Positions 8,685-17,584 of a DNA stretch of 64,000 bases are shown here, in pieces; the first letter of the stretch is position 1, and every line of letters begins with the position of its first letter. Both the position numbers and the translations under genes were made by a program. The stretch comes from Reyranella sp. GTDB lineage: Bacteria; Pseudomonadota; Alphaproteobacteria; Reyranellales; Reyranellaceae. The notes under the pieces are model-generated. The model was given only the letters and a program-made list of their open reading frames with translations. It ran no database searches and had not been told where the DNA came from. The stretch is taken from contig NZ_JBGAKA010000028.1 in assembly GCF_044224635.1 (NCBI RefSeq), forward strand, positions 38,799-102,798, in the 5' to 3' direction.

Positions 8685-9842
8685 ATGGCTTTGGAATTCG
8701 GGCCGGACGACCTCGAAGCGATCTTGGCCGCTATTCCCGGCGACCAGCCCGTGGGGACCGATCTGCGGGAAGATTACACCCCGACCTCGGTCTATTTTCG
8801 CCTGCGTGACGCCCGCGCCGATGCGCGCGATGCCGAGCGCCAGGCCGACAGCCCCGACCGGCAGGGCGACGGCGGCGGCGACGAGGCTTTGCAGGGCAAG
8901 TGGCGGCCGGTCGCCACGCTTGCCGCCGGGGCGTTGAGGGAATCGACCAAGGACCTCGAGATTGCGACCTGGCTGACCGAGGCCCTGGTCCGGACGGCGG
9001 GGCTGGAGGGGCTCGCGGCCGGTGCCTCGGTGATCGGCGGCCTGGTGGAGCGCTACTGGGACAGCGTGTTTCCGTTGCCTGAGGAAGGCGACGTCGAATT
9101 TCGCGTCGCCGCCGTCGCCGGCCTGTCCGGCCAGGGGGCGGACGGCACGCTGATGCAGCCCCTCCGGAAGCTTCCGCTTTTCGCGCGGCCTGACGGCTCG
9201 CCCTTCTGCCTGTGGCAGTACCAGTCCTCGCTCGAGCTGGCCGGCATCCTCGACCCCGAGCGACGCGAGCAGCGCATCGCCGCCGGCGTCGTGCCGTTCG
9301 AGGATGTCGAGAACGAGGCGCGGGCGGCCGGCAAGGCACACTGGGCGGCTCAGCGGACGCTGCTGGCCGAGGCCATGACGGCCTGGGAAGCGATGGGACG
9401 CACGCTCGACGAAAAGGCCGGCCCGGCCAGCCCGTCGGGCATTCGGGTGCGCGACACCCTGCAGCTCATGCTCGACACCTGCAACCGCTTTGCGCCGGCG
9501 GAAGGCGGGGAGAGCGAGGGCGGACCGGCTCCCGCCGATGGCCAGACATCTGTCGCCGCCGTCGGGGCGGCGCCCGTTGCGGTCGCGGCGGCATCGGGTG
9601 TGGCCCTCGTCAATGGCCCGATTGCCGGGCGAGAGCAGGCCTTGCGCCAATTGGAAGAGATCGCCCTCTGGTTCAAGCGTAACGAGCCCAACTCGCCGAT
9701 CGGCTACACGTTGGACGAGGCGGTGCGGCGCGCCCGGATGGCCTGGCCGGAGCTCGTCGCCGAGCTGATCGCCGACGAGGGCTCGCGGAGCGCGCTGCTG
9801 ACCAGCCTGGGGATGAAGCGGCCCGATACGCCGGCCGGGTAG
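8685..9842 (+). CDS. tssA: Type VI secretion protein TssA (ImpA N-terminal domain)
   Basis: 385 aa reading ILAAIPGDQPVGTDLREDYTPTSVYFRLRDAR...LEIATWLTEALVRTAGLEGL, an ImpA_N pattern. Transcribed divergently from tssB. Confidence 0.85.
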   Translation: MALEFGPDDLEAILAAIPGDQPVGTDLREDYTPTSVYFRLRDARADARDAERQADSPDRQGDGGGDEALQGKWRPVATLAAGALRESTKDLEIATWLTEALVRTAGLEGLAAGASVIGGLVERYWDSVFPLPEEGDVEFRVAAVAGLSGQGADGTLMQPLRKLPLFARPDGSPFCLWQYQSSLELAGILDPERREQRIAAGVVPFEDVENEARAAGKAHWAAQRTLLAEAMTAWEAMGRTLDEKAGPASPSGIRVRDTLQLMLDTCNRFAPAEGGESEGGPAPADGQTSVAAVGAAPVAVAAASGVALVNGPIAGREQALRQLEEIALWFKRNEPNSPIGYTLDEAVRRARMAWPELVAELIADEGSRSALLTSLGMKRPDTPAG

Positions 9843-9907
9843 GTTCGCTGCCCTGCCGAGCATTGGACGAGGTGCTCGCGGGGCCGGAATTCGAGTGCCT
9901 GCCGCCA

Positions 9908-9949
9908 TAGTCGGGGCCCGCAGGCCCGTAGTCGGGGCCCGCAGGGCCG
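9908..9949. repeat. Two tandem 21-nt units, each a GGGCC-CGCA-GGCCC hairpin
   Basis: TAGTCGGGGCCCGCAGGCCCG followed directly by TAGTCGGGGCCCGCAGGGCCG, 66 nt after the tssA stop. Confidence 0.8.
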
Positions 9950-10025
9950 GAAGGGGAAGGCCCAGCCCGGATTGCTCCCGCTTCCGACGTCGCAATCTTA
10001 AAGATCACGACTGGGGCCTTCCTCA

Positions 10026-10103
10026 GCCCCGTGTGACGGGGCACCTCCCCCGATGCGGGGGAGGGATCGAGTTGTGTCGACTCCCCAGCAGAGCTGGGGA
10101 GGG
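10026..10103. repeat. REP-A type hairpin cluster between tssA and hcp (convergent ends)
   Basis: GCCCCGTGTGACGGGGC, CCTCCCCCGATGCGGGGGAGG, CTCCCCAGCAGAGCTGGGGAG. Confidence 0.8.
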
Positions 10104-10119
10104 GCATCCGGGATGGCGA

Positions 10120-10608
10120 TCAGCTCGCCTTCATCTTCAGCAGGTCGTAGGTGACGACGGCGCCCTTGACCGGCGTGCCCTTCGTGTCGAGCGGCGACGG
10201 CGTGTACATGATCTTGGTGAAGTTGAGCGTGTAGCTTTCCATCGGCGCATCGCCGCCCGAGCCGCCGTGCGCGCTCGTCGAGTAGCTGGAGACGCCGCAG
10301 TCCGTCAGCTCGAGGGCGAGATACGTGTCGATCTTGTTCTTGGTCGTCGTCGTCAGCTTGATCTCGACCTTGCTGTGGAATGCTCCGGCGACCGAATCCT
10401 GATAGAGCTTCGGCGACGCCACATCGAAGTTCTTGGTGATGACGATGTCGCTGATGTGCGGGTGCGCACCTTCGCGGCCCGCACCGCCGGCGCCGCTGGA
10501 GGTGTTGCGGCTCACGCCATACTGCATGGATTGCAGCTCGATCCAATCCTTGAACCCTTCCGTCTGCACCTGACCCTTGATGTCGCCGAATTTCATATAG
10601 ATCGCCAT
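10120..10608 (-). CDS. hcp: Type VI secretion tube protein Hcp (TssD)
   Basis: 162 aa reading MAIYMKFGDIKGQVQTEGFKDWIELQSMQYGVSR...ISDIVITKNFDVASPKLY, a canonical Hcp1 family N-terminus. Confidence 0.95.
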   Translation of the reverse strand: MAIYMKFGDIKGQVQTEGFKDWIELQSMQYGVSRNTSSGAGGAGREGAHPHISDIVITKNFDVASPKLYQDSVAGAFHSKVEIKLTTTTKNKIDTYLALELTDCGVSSYSTSAHGGSGGDAPMESYTLNFTKIMYTPSPLDTKGTPVKGAVVTYDLLKMKAS

Positions 10609-10650
10609 GTTTGGCTCCTTCGATGAAAAAGGGGAAAGGAAAAGACGTCT

Positions 10651-13326
10651 TCAGGATTGATTGATAGCGAGCTTGAACGATCCATCCGTATCGACGTCGA
10701 CGTGAACACTGCTGATTGACTCCCCGTCGGCCAATCGAGACAGCACTTCAGCAGACAATTCGGGCAGCAGTGTGCGCGTGAGAATATTTTCCACGTTTCT
10801 CGCGCCCGATGTGCTTTCCGTGCAACGCGCCGCAATCGTTTCGACCAATTGCGGTGCCCAGTTGAAGCTCGCGCGGTGGCTTTCGCGCACGCGGCGACGA
10901 ATCCGCTCGAGCTGCATTACGACAATTTGGCGAATAATCTCGTCCGACAGCGGGAAATACGGCACCAGCGTCAGTCGTCCGAGGAACGCCGGCTTGAAAA
11001 ACTTCGCGAGCTCGGGGCGCAGCGCCTCGGCGAGGCCGGCGGCATCGGGCGCCGTCTCCGGGTCGGCGAACAGCTTGGTGATGAGATCGGTGCCGGCGTT
11101 GCTCGTCATGATGATGACGGTGTTCTTGAAATCGATGTCGCGGCCTTCACCGTCTTTCATGTTCCCTTTGTCGAACACCGAATAGAATACGTCCTGAACG
11201 CCGGGATGTGCCTTCTCCATCTCGTCGAGCAGCACGACACTGTAGGGACGGCGGCGCACCGCCTCGGTGAGAACGCCGCCTTCGCCGTAGCCGACATAAC
11301 CCGGCGGGCTGCCCATCAGCAGGCTGACCTTATGCTCCTCCTTGAACTCGGCCATATTGATGGTGGTGACGTTCTGCTCGCCGCCATAGAGCAGCTGCGC
11401 CAGCGTGAGCGCGGTCTCCGTCTTGCCGACGCCCGACGTGCCGACGAACAGGAAGACGCCGATCGGCCGGCGTGGATCGGTGAGGCCGGCGCGGCTGGTG
11501 TGGATCGCGCGGGCGACCGCCTCCATCGCATGGCCTTGCCCGACGACGCGCTTCTCCATGGCGTCGCGCAGGTTCAGCACCGTCTTGATCTCGTCGGACT
11601 GCATGCGGCCGGCCGGAATGCCTGTCCAGCTCTCGACGATCTCGGCAATCGCCTGGCCGTCGACGATCGGGAAGATCAGCGGCTGCTCGCCCTGAAGCGC
11701 ATGCAGCCGCTTGGTCAGATCGGCGAGCTTGGCGCGCTCGGCGGCGCCGTCGACCGCTTGCGGCGCCGGGGCGCCGTCTGCGGCGGGCGCGGCGGCGGCT
11801 TCGATCTTGGCGCGCACCGCGTCGATCTCGGTGACCAGCGCACGCTCGGCATGCCAGCGCTCCTCGAGCTGGGCCAGCTCGGCGGCGAGCGTCTCGCGCT
11901 CGGCGGTGAGCTCGCCGCGCCGCGTCGTATGGTCGAGACCGCCCTGCTCCTCGCGCTCGATGATCCTGAGCTCGGTATCGATCAGGCTGATACGGCGGCG
12001 GCGGTCGTCGATCGGCGCCGGCGTCGCGTTCTGGCTCATCGCCACGCGCGCGCATGCCGTGTCGATCAGGCTCACCGCCTTGTCCGGCAGCTGGCGGGCG
12101 GGGATGTAACGCGCCGACAGGCGCACCGCCTCGCTCACCGCCTCGTCGAAGATGCGCACCTTGTGATGCTGCTCGAGCGTCCCGACCAGGCCGCGGATCA
12201 TGGCGGTGGCCAGCTTCTCGCTCGGCTCCTCGACCTTGATCGGCTGGAAGCGCCGGGTGAGGGCGGCGTCCTTCTCGAAATACTTCTTGTATTCGGCCCA
12301 CGTCGTGGCGGCGATGGTGCGCAGCTCGCCGCGGGCCAGGGCCGGCTTCAGGAGGTTGGCCGCGTCGTTCTGGCCGGCCGCGCCGCCGGCACCGATCAGC
12401 GTGTGCGCTTCGTCGATGAACAGCACGATCGGCTTGGGACTGCCCTTGGTCTCGTCGATCACCGATTTCAGGCGGTTCTCGAACTCGCCCTTCATGCCGG
12501 CGCCGGCCTGCAGCAGGCCGAGATCGAGGGTGCGCAGGGTCACGTCCTTCAGGGCCGCCGGCACGTCGCCGGCGGCGATGCGCAGCGCCAGCCCTTCGAC
12601 GACCGCCGTCTTGCCGACGCCGGCCTCGCCGGTGAGGATGGGATTGTTCTGCCGCCGGCGGGTCAGGATATCGACCATTTGCCGGATCTCGACGTCGCGG
12701 CCGAGGATGGGGTCGATCTTGCCGGCCTTGGCCTGAGCGGTGAGGTCGATGGTGAATTGCTCCAACGCACCCGATCCGCCGGGCCGCGTCTCGCCGGCCC
12801 CCGTGCCGGCCGCCTCGGAGCCGACCGCCTGGCTGGTGGCCTGGGCCGCTTCCGACGTGTTTCCGCAAATCGCCACGTAGTCGCGCTTGAGGATGTCAGG
12901 CTGGATGGCGGCGAACTGGCCCGACGCTTCGCGCGCCCGCCGCGCCAGCATGTCGTCGGCCAGCAGCGCCCACAGGAGATGGCCCGAGCGCAGGCGGCTC
13001 GCGCCCTGCTCGACGGAGGCGAGCAGCCAGGCGTGCTTGACCATCTCGACGATGTCGGGCGACAGCGACGGCGCGCGGCCGTTGCCGGTCTTCATGCGCT
13101 CGAGCGAGCGGTTGATGTCGTTGGTCAGGCGGCCCGGATCGATCTCCCAGCGGCGCAGGATCGCCGCCATGTCGGTATCGCTGCGATCGAGCAGACCGAT
13201 CAGCATGTGCTCGATCTCGACGTTGTAGTGCGTCCGCAAGGCCGTCAGGCCCGCTGCGCTTTCAAGGGCGCGGCGGCAGACATCGTTCAGGCGTCCGATC
13301 AGTGGCTTCAGTTCTATCGCAGGCAC
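10651..13326 (-). CDS. clpV: Type VI secretion AAA+ ATPase ClpV (TssH)
   Basis: Has two Walker A boxes (GEAGVGKTAVVEGLA, GTSGVGKTETALTLA) and a ClpV-type N-domain (LIGRLNDVCRRALESAAGL...IEHMLIGLLDRSD). I moved the start to the GTG at 13326, which has GAGGAG just upstream. The 75 upstream codons of the track ORF look non-coding. The start is uncertain. Confidence 0.9.
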   Translation of the reverse strand: MPAIELKPLIGRLNDVCRRALESAAGLTALRTHYNVEIEHMLIGLLDRSDTDMAAILRRWEIDPGRLTNDINRSLERMKTGNGRAPSLSPDIVEMVKHAWLLASVEQGASRLRSGHLLWALLADDMLARRAREASGQFAAIQPDILKRDYVAICGNTSEAAQATSQAVGSEAAGTGAGETRPGGSGALEQFTIDLTAQAKAGKIDPILGRDVEIRQMVDILTRRRQNNPILTGEAGVGKTAVVEGLALRIAAGDVPAALKDVTLRTLDLGLLQAGAGMKGEFENRLKSVIDETKGSPKPIVLFIDEAHTLIGAGGAAGQNDAANLLKPALARGELRTIAATTWAEYKKYFEKDAALTRRFQPIKVEEPSEKLATAMIRGLVGTLEQHHKVRIFDEAVSEAVRLSARYIPARQLPDKAVSLIDTACARVAMSQNATPAPIDDRRRRISLIDTELRIIEREEQGGLDHTTRRGELTAERETLAAELAQLEERWHAERALVTEIDAVRAKIEAAAAPAADGAPAPQAVDGAAERAKLADLTKRLHALQGEQPLIFPIVDGQAIAEIVESWTGIPAGRMQSDEIKTVLNLRDAMEKRVVGQGHAMEAVARAIHTSRAGLTDPRRPIGVFLFVGTSGVGKTETALTLAQLLYGGEQNVTTINMAEFKEEHKVSLLMGSPPGYVGYGEGGVLTEAVRRRPYSVVLLDEMEKAHPGVQDVFYSVFDKGNMKDGEGRDIDFKNTVIIMTSNAGTDLITKLFADPETAPDAAGLAEALRPELAKFFKPAFLGRLTLVPYFPLSDEIIRQIVVMQLERIRRRVRESHRASFNWAPQLVETIAARCTESTSGARNVENILTRTLLPELSAEVLSRLADGESISSVHVDVDTDGSFKLAINQS

Positions 13327-13598
13327 GGACTCCTCGTTTTCCCCAAAGGCTCTGACGGACGATCGTACCGGGCGGAAGCGAGATATCTGCACCTTTCCGC
13401 GAATTGGACAAGTGAAGATTCGCGCACCGGAACGGTGCGCCAATGCACATGGCGTTCCCGAGTTCGTCGCGTCTCCGCCTTCGTAGGGCCGTTTTCCTGC
13501 GGTCTGGTGGAATGCTGCGTCGCCATTCTTGACGCTATCTCGGCGGCGCACCTAAACTACGAAATCTCAAAGTTCACATTCCATGCACTGAGATAGGC

Positions 13599-16298
13599 AT
13601 GGCTGCCGATGCCAAAGCTGATGCCAAGGAGGACGGGCTCCGCGGAACCCTTCCTGCCGGCACGCGCCTGCGCAACTACGAGCTGGTGTCGGTCCTGGGC
13701 CAGGGCGGTTTCGGCATAACGTACTACGCGCGCGACACGGTGCTGGGCCGCGAGGTCGCGATCAAGGAGTACCTGCCGACCGCGCTGGCGCTGCGCGAGG
13801 GCGGCACGACGGTGGTGCCGCGCTCGACGCAGCACGCCGAGGATTTCATCTGGGGCCGCGAACGCTTCCTCGAGGAAGCCCGCATCCTGGCGACGCTCGA
13901 AGGCGCCCCGGCGGTGGTGCGCGTCTACGATTTCATGGAGGCCCACGGGACGGCCTACATGGTCATGGCATTGGCGCGCGGCGACACCGTCGAGCAGCGT
14001 CTCAAGCGCGACAAGCAGCTGCCGCCAGCGATCGTCCAGCGCATGCTCGGCCGCCTGCTCGACGGCCTCGAGGAAGTGCACAAGGCCGGCTTCCTGCACC
14101 GCGACATCAAGCCGGCCAACATCATCCTCGATTCGCACGACAACCCGACGCTGATCGATTTCGGCGCGTCGCGCGCCTCGATGGCCGATCGCACCGCGGC
14201 GATGACCGCGATCTTCACGCCGCGCTATGCCGCCGCCGAGCAGCTCACGTCGGACAGGCAGGGACCGTGGACCGACATCTACGGCCTCTCGGCCACGATC
14301 TATCACACGATCACCGGGCACGCGCCGCCGAGCTCGCTGGAGCGCGCCCTCAACGATACCTACAAGCCGCTCGTCGAGCTCGCGCCGGCGGGCTTCACGC
14401 ACACCTTGCTGGAAGCGGTCGATGCCGGGCTGGCGGTGCGGTCGAAGGACCGGCCGCAATCCATAGCCAATTGGCGGCGAGAGCTCACCGGATCGGACGA
14501 TGCCGAGGACGGCGAGACGATCATCGGTGCCAGGAGCCGCTCGCGCAGCAAGTCGTCGGCGCCAGCCGATGGCGAGCCGTCGATCGGCACGAGGTCACGC
14601 TCCACGCAATCGCCGTCGACGCGATCGCCCTCCACGCAATCACCCGCCACGCACGAGCCGACCAGGCACGGGCTGACCACGCACGGGTCGACGCTGCACG
14701 CGCCCACCTCCCAGTCGCGGTCGGGACCGCCGCCATCGGCGCCTCCGCCTGATGCTGCGGCGCCTGCGGTGGCGGCGGTTCCGCCGGCCGGGATCGGCGG
14801 CAAACAGGGGCTGCTCTATGGCGGGGTGGCGCTGGCCGTGCTGCTCCTCGCGGCGGGCGGCTACTGGGCGCTTTCCCCGAAGCCCGGTCCGATGGTCATC
14901 CAGGATCCGACGGTCATCGCTCAGCAGGCAGCGGCGCGGGAGAAGGCCGATCAGGAGGCCAGGCTCAAGGCCGAGCAGGACGCGAGGTTGAAGGCGGAGA
15001 CCGAGGCCAGGCAGAAGGCCGAGGCCGAAGCGCGGCAACAGGCCGAGGCGGCGGCGCGCCAGAAAGCGGAGGCCGAGGCGAAGGAAAAGGCCGAGGTCGA
15101 CGCCAAGGCGGAGGCCGAGGCGGAAGCCCGACAGAAAGCCGAAGCGCAGGCCCGTCAGCTCGCCGAGGCGGCGGCGAGACAGAAGGCCGAGGCCGAAGCG
15201 CGGCAGCAGTCCGAGGCTGCCGCCCGGCAACGGACGGAGGCGGAAGCTCGGCAGAAGGCCGAGGCGGAAACCCGGCAAAGGGCGGAGGCCGAGGCGCGCC
15301 AGAAAGCCGAGGCCGAGACGCGCCAGAAAGCCGAAGCCGAGGCGCGCCAGAAAGCCGAAGCCGAGGCGAAGCAGAAGGCCGAAGCCGAGGCACGCCAGCG
15401 GGCCGATGCCGAGGCGCGTCAACGCGCAGAGTTGGCTGCCCGGCAGAAGGCCGAGGCGGAAGCCAGGGCAAAGGCCGAGGCGGAAGCCCGCCAGAAGGCC
15501 GAGGCCGAAGCCAGGCAGAAGGCGGAAGCCGAAGCGCGGCAGAAGGCCGAGGCGGCGGCGCGCCAGAAAGCCGAGGCGGAGGCCAGACAGAAGGCGGAAG
15601 CCGACGCCCGGCAGAAAGCCGAGATGGAAGCGCGGCAGCGGGCAGAGGAGGCCGCGCGTCAGAAGGCCGAGGTCGAGGCCAGGCAGAAAACCGAGGCCGA
15701 GGCGCGCCAGAAGACGGCCGCCGAAGCGCGGCAGAAGGCCGAGGCCGAAGCGCGCGAGAAGGCTGAAGCCGACGCGAAGCTCAAGGCCGAGGCCGATGCC
15801 CGCCAGAAAGCCGAAGCCGAGGCCAGGGCGCGCGCCGAGTCGGAGGCCGCCGCCTTGAAGTCCACCGCGGAGGCGGCCGAGGTGGCGCTGCGGCTGAGCC
15901 CGACCGATCGCCAGCGCATCCAGGTCGCGCTGACGTCGCTCGGTTTCGACACGCGCGGCATCGACGGCGCCTTCGGGCCGCGCACCCGCGAGATGATCCA
16001 GGGCTGGCAGAAGGCCCGCAACCAGCCGGTTACGGGCTTCCTCACTGCGCCTCAGCAGCAGGCCTTGCTGAGCGAAGCTGCCGCCGGCTTGGCCAAGTAC
16101 GACGAGGAAGAGAAGAAGCGTGCCGAGGCGGCGGCGCGCGCACGCGCGACGGCGCCGCCGCCGCCGCAGACGACGGGGCCGTCGACATCGGGCCAGACGT
16201 ATGGGGACGGCGGAGTCGTCTGTATGGACGGGTCCGGGCGGCGCCTGTCCTTCCCGGGCACCAGCTCATGTCCCTACGGCCTGGCGCCGGCGCGGTGA
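13599..16298 (+). CDS. Membrane Ser/Thr protein kinase with a periplasmic octad-repeat helical region and a C-terminal peptidoglycan-binding domain
   Basis: Hanks kinase motifs are present: [33 protein letters not shown]. An S/T/P-rich linker follows, then one TM helix ([21 protein letters not shown]), about 300 aa of AEAEARQK repeats, and a PG_binding_1-like stretch ([32 protein letters not shown]). Confidence 0.9.
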   Translation: MAADAKADAKEDGLRGTLPAGTRLRNYELVSVLGQGGFGITYYARDTVLGREVAIKEYLPTALALREGGTTVVPRSTQHAEDFIWGRERFLEEARILATLEGAPAVVRVYDFMEAHGTAYMVMALARGDTVEQRLKRDKQLPPAIVQRMLGRLLDGLEEVHKAGFLHRDIKPANIILDSHDNPTLIDFGASRASMADRTAAMTAIFTPRYAAAEQLTSDRQGPWTDIYGLSATIYHTITGHAPPSSLERALNDTYKPLVELAPAGFTHTLLEAVDAGLAVRSKDRPQSIANWRRELTGSDDAEDGETIIGARSRSRSKSSAPADGEPSIGTRSRSTQSPSTRSPSTQSPATHEPTRHGLTTHGSTLHAPTSQSRSGPPPSAPPPDAAAPAVAAVPPAGIGGKQGLLYGGVALAVLLLAAGGYWALSPKPGPMVIQDPTVIAQQAAAREKADQEARLKAEQDARLKAETEARQKAEAEARQQAEAAARQKAEAEAKEKAEVDAKAEAEAEARQKAEAQARQLAEAAARQKAEAEARQQSEAAARQRTEAEARQKAEAETRQRAEAEARQKAEAETRQKAEAEARQKAEAEAKQKAEAEARQRADAEARQRAELAARQKAEAEARAKAEAEARQKAEAEARQKAEAEARQKAEAAARQKAEAEARQKAEADARQKAEMEARQRAEEAARQKAEVEARQKTEAEARQKTAAEARQKAEAEAREKAEADAKLKAEADARQKAEAEARARAESEAAALKSTAEAAEVALRLSPTDRQRIQVALTSLGFDTRGIDGAFGPRTREMIQGWQKARNQPVTGFLTAPQQQALLSEAAAGLAKYDEEEKKRAEAAARARATAPPPPQTTGPSTSGQTYGDGGVVCMDGSGRRLSFPGTSSCPYGLAPAR
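14941..15850 (+). repeat. In-frame tandem array of about three dozen degenerate 24-nt units (GCCGAGGCNGAAGCNCGNCAGAAG-like) inside the kinase gene
   Basis: The translation shows uninterrupted (K/R/Q)AEAEARQ octads. The repeat mirrors in antisense ORFs as LGFG/RLG low complexity. Confidence 0.85.
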
Positions 16299-16454
16299 GC
16301 GGGACCATGACGACCGCGCGCCGGCGCGAGCGCGGCGATGTGCCATCGAAGCGATGACGCGAGCTTGCGCCGATGCGTGGCGGGGTGCGATTGCTGACGC
16401 CCGCGATCTGTGGAATCGTCCCGTGCCGATGACGGTGAGTGGGAGAGCGCGAAC

Positions 16455-17069
16455 GTGAGGCGTCATGAACTCGAGCGTCGACAGGTCGACGCGGATGGTC
16501 CGCCTGCGCTGTCCAGGGCTGCCCGACGCCTCGCGGCGGCGGTGTTGGTCCTGTTGGCCGGCCTGTCAAGTGCCGCGCCGGCTGGGGCGGACGACTGGAA
16601 CTTCAACCAGGAGATCCCCTGTACGACCGCGCCGGTCTATGGCGTGCCGTTCAGCCAATGCTGGGTGTCCAACGTCCGCACGTTCCGGATCGGCAATATC
16701 CAGAGCTGGCGCCTGACCTACACCGACACCAGGAGCGAGTTCGCCATCGGCTATTACCGGCTGGTTGCGGCGCATGGCGTCGGCGGCATGAGCCCGGTGA
16801 CGTCGAACTCTGCCCTGATCGATTGGGTGCGCACCGCCGACGCCCTGAAGCATGTCTCCGGCGGCGGCACCAATTGGGCGGTGTCGACGAGCCCGAGCGG
16901 CGAACGCTACGTCACCTTCCAGAAGGGCAATCGCCAGTGCATCGGCTTCGTGCGCAACAGCCCGGCGAACAACTGGACCCTCGGCGCCACCTTCTGCCGC
17001 CAATCGGCGACGCCGGTGCCGGTCCAGGAAGTCCAATTCATCTGGGACGCCATCAAGGTGAGGGAGTAG
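16455..17069 (+). CDS. Hypothetical secreted protein (Sec signal peptide, four Cys)
   Basis: Signal peptide AARRLAAAVLVLLAGLSSAAPAGA, then DDWNFNQEIPCTT...QCW...RQCIGF...TFCRQ. The start is uncertain: GTG at 16455 has GGGAG upstream, and the track ORF begins at GTG 16410. I recognised no family. Confidence 0.6.
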   Translation: MRRHELERRQVDADGPPALSRAARRLAAAVLVLLAGLSSAAPAGADDWNFNQEIPCTTAPVYGVPFSQCWVSNVRTFRIGNIQSWRLTYTDTRSEFAIGYYRLVAAHGVGGMSPVTSNSALIDWVRTADALKHVSGGGTNWAVSTSPSGERYVTFQKGNRQCIGFVRNSPANNWTLGATFCRQSATPVPVQEVQFIWDAIKVRE

Positions 17070-17081
17070 CCGCGGCCCCGT

Positions 17082-17405
17082 CTAGGGCTTGAATTCCTTG
17101 GGCAGCGAGAAGCCCGAGGCTTCCAGCTTCTTTTCGAGGACGGGGATGGCCGCGGCCGTGTTGCCCTTCTGGCAGTTCTCCAGGGCGTACCCGGCCTCGA
17201 CGTCGAAGCGCCGGCCCGGCGAGTTCTGGACATAGCGCCGATACATCGAGGAGAGCTCGGCACAATAGGCCTTGTCGTCCTTGACTTGCGCGGATGCGGT
17301 CACCGGCGCGCCGAGCGACATGCCGGCGATCGCCAGGCCCAGGGAGATCGGCGGGAGCCGGGCGATCGGCAGGATCAGGTCGATTTGCAGGAGCAGGTGT
17401 TTCAC
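17082..17405 (-). CDS. Small hypothetical secreted protein (107 aa)
   Basis: GTG at 17405 is preceded by GGGAGG at 6 nt. The signal-like N-terminus is LGLAIAGMSLGAPVTASA, and the mature part has 2 Cys. The upstream part of track ORF 17082..17570 looks non-coding. Confidence 0.55.
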   Translation of the reverse strand: MKHLLLQIDLILPIARLPPISLGLAIAGMSLGAPVTASAQVKDDKAYCAELSSMYRRYVQNSPGRRFDVEAGYALENCQKGNTAAAIPVLEKKLEASGFSLPKEFKP

Positions 17406-17584
17406 GAGACCTCCCGTATGCTGGCCGCGGTATCCGGATATCGCGGAAAGGCCGTCATCCCGAGCGAGGCTGCCCGATTCGGCGCTGTTGGCGGCGCCGG
17501 CGCCCAGCCCCGAGGCTAGCGCTACTTTCGTCGGCGGATTCGGATTAGCATCGCGCGCTGCAGGCCGCAAAGACGGAGGAAACC

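Noticed and set aside
10849-13596. 915-aa plus-strand ORF
   Set aside because: It is antisense to clpV, whose Walker motifs identify the true frame.
14640-15422. 260-aa ORF with LGFG/RLGL repeats, and other repeat-shaped ORFs over the kinase gene
   Set aside because: They are reverse or shifted readings of the 24-nt tandem array. Only the AEAEARQK frame is continuous with the kinase and PG-binding domains.
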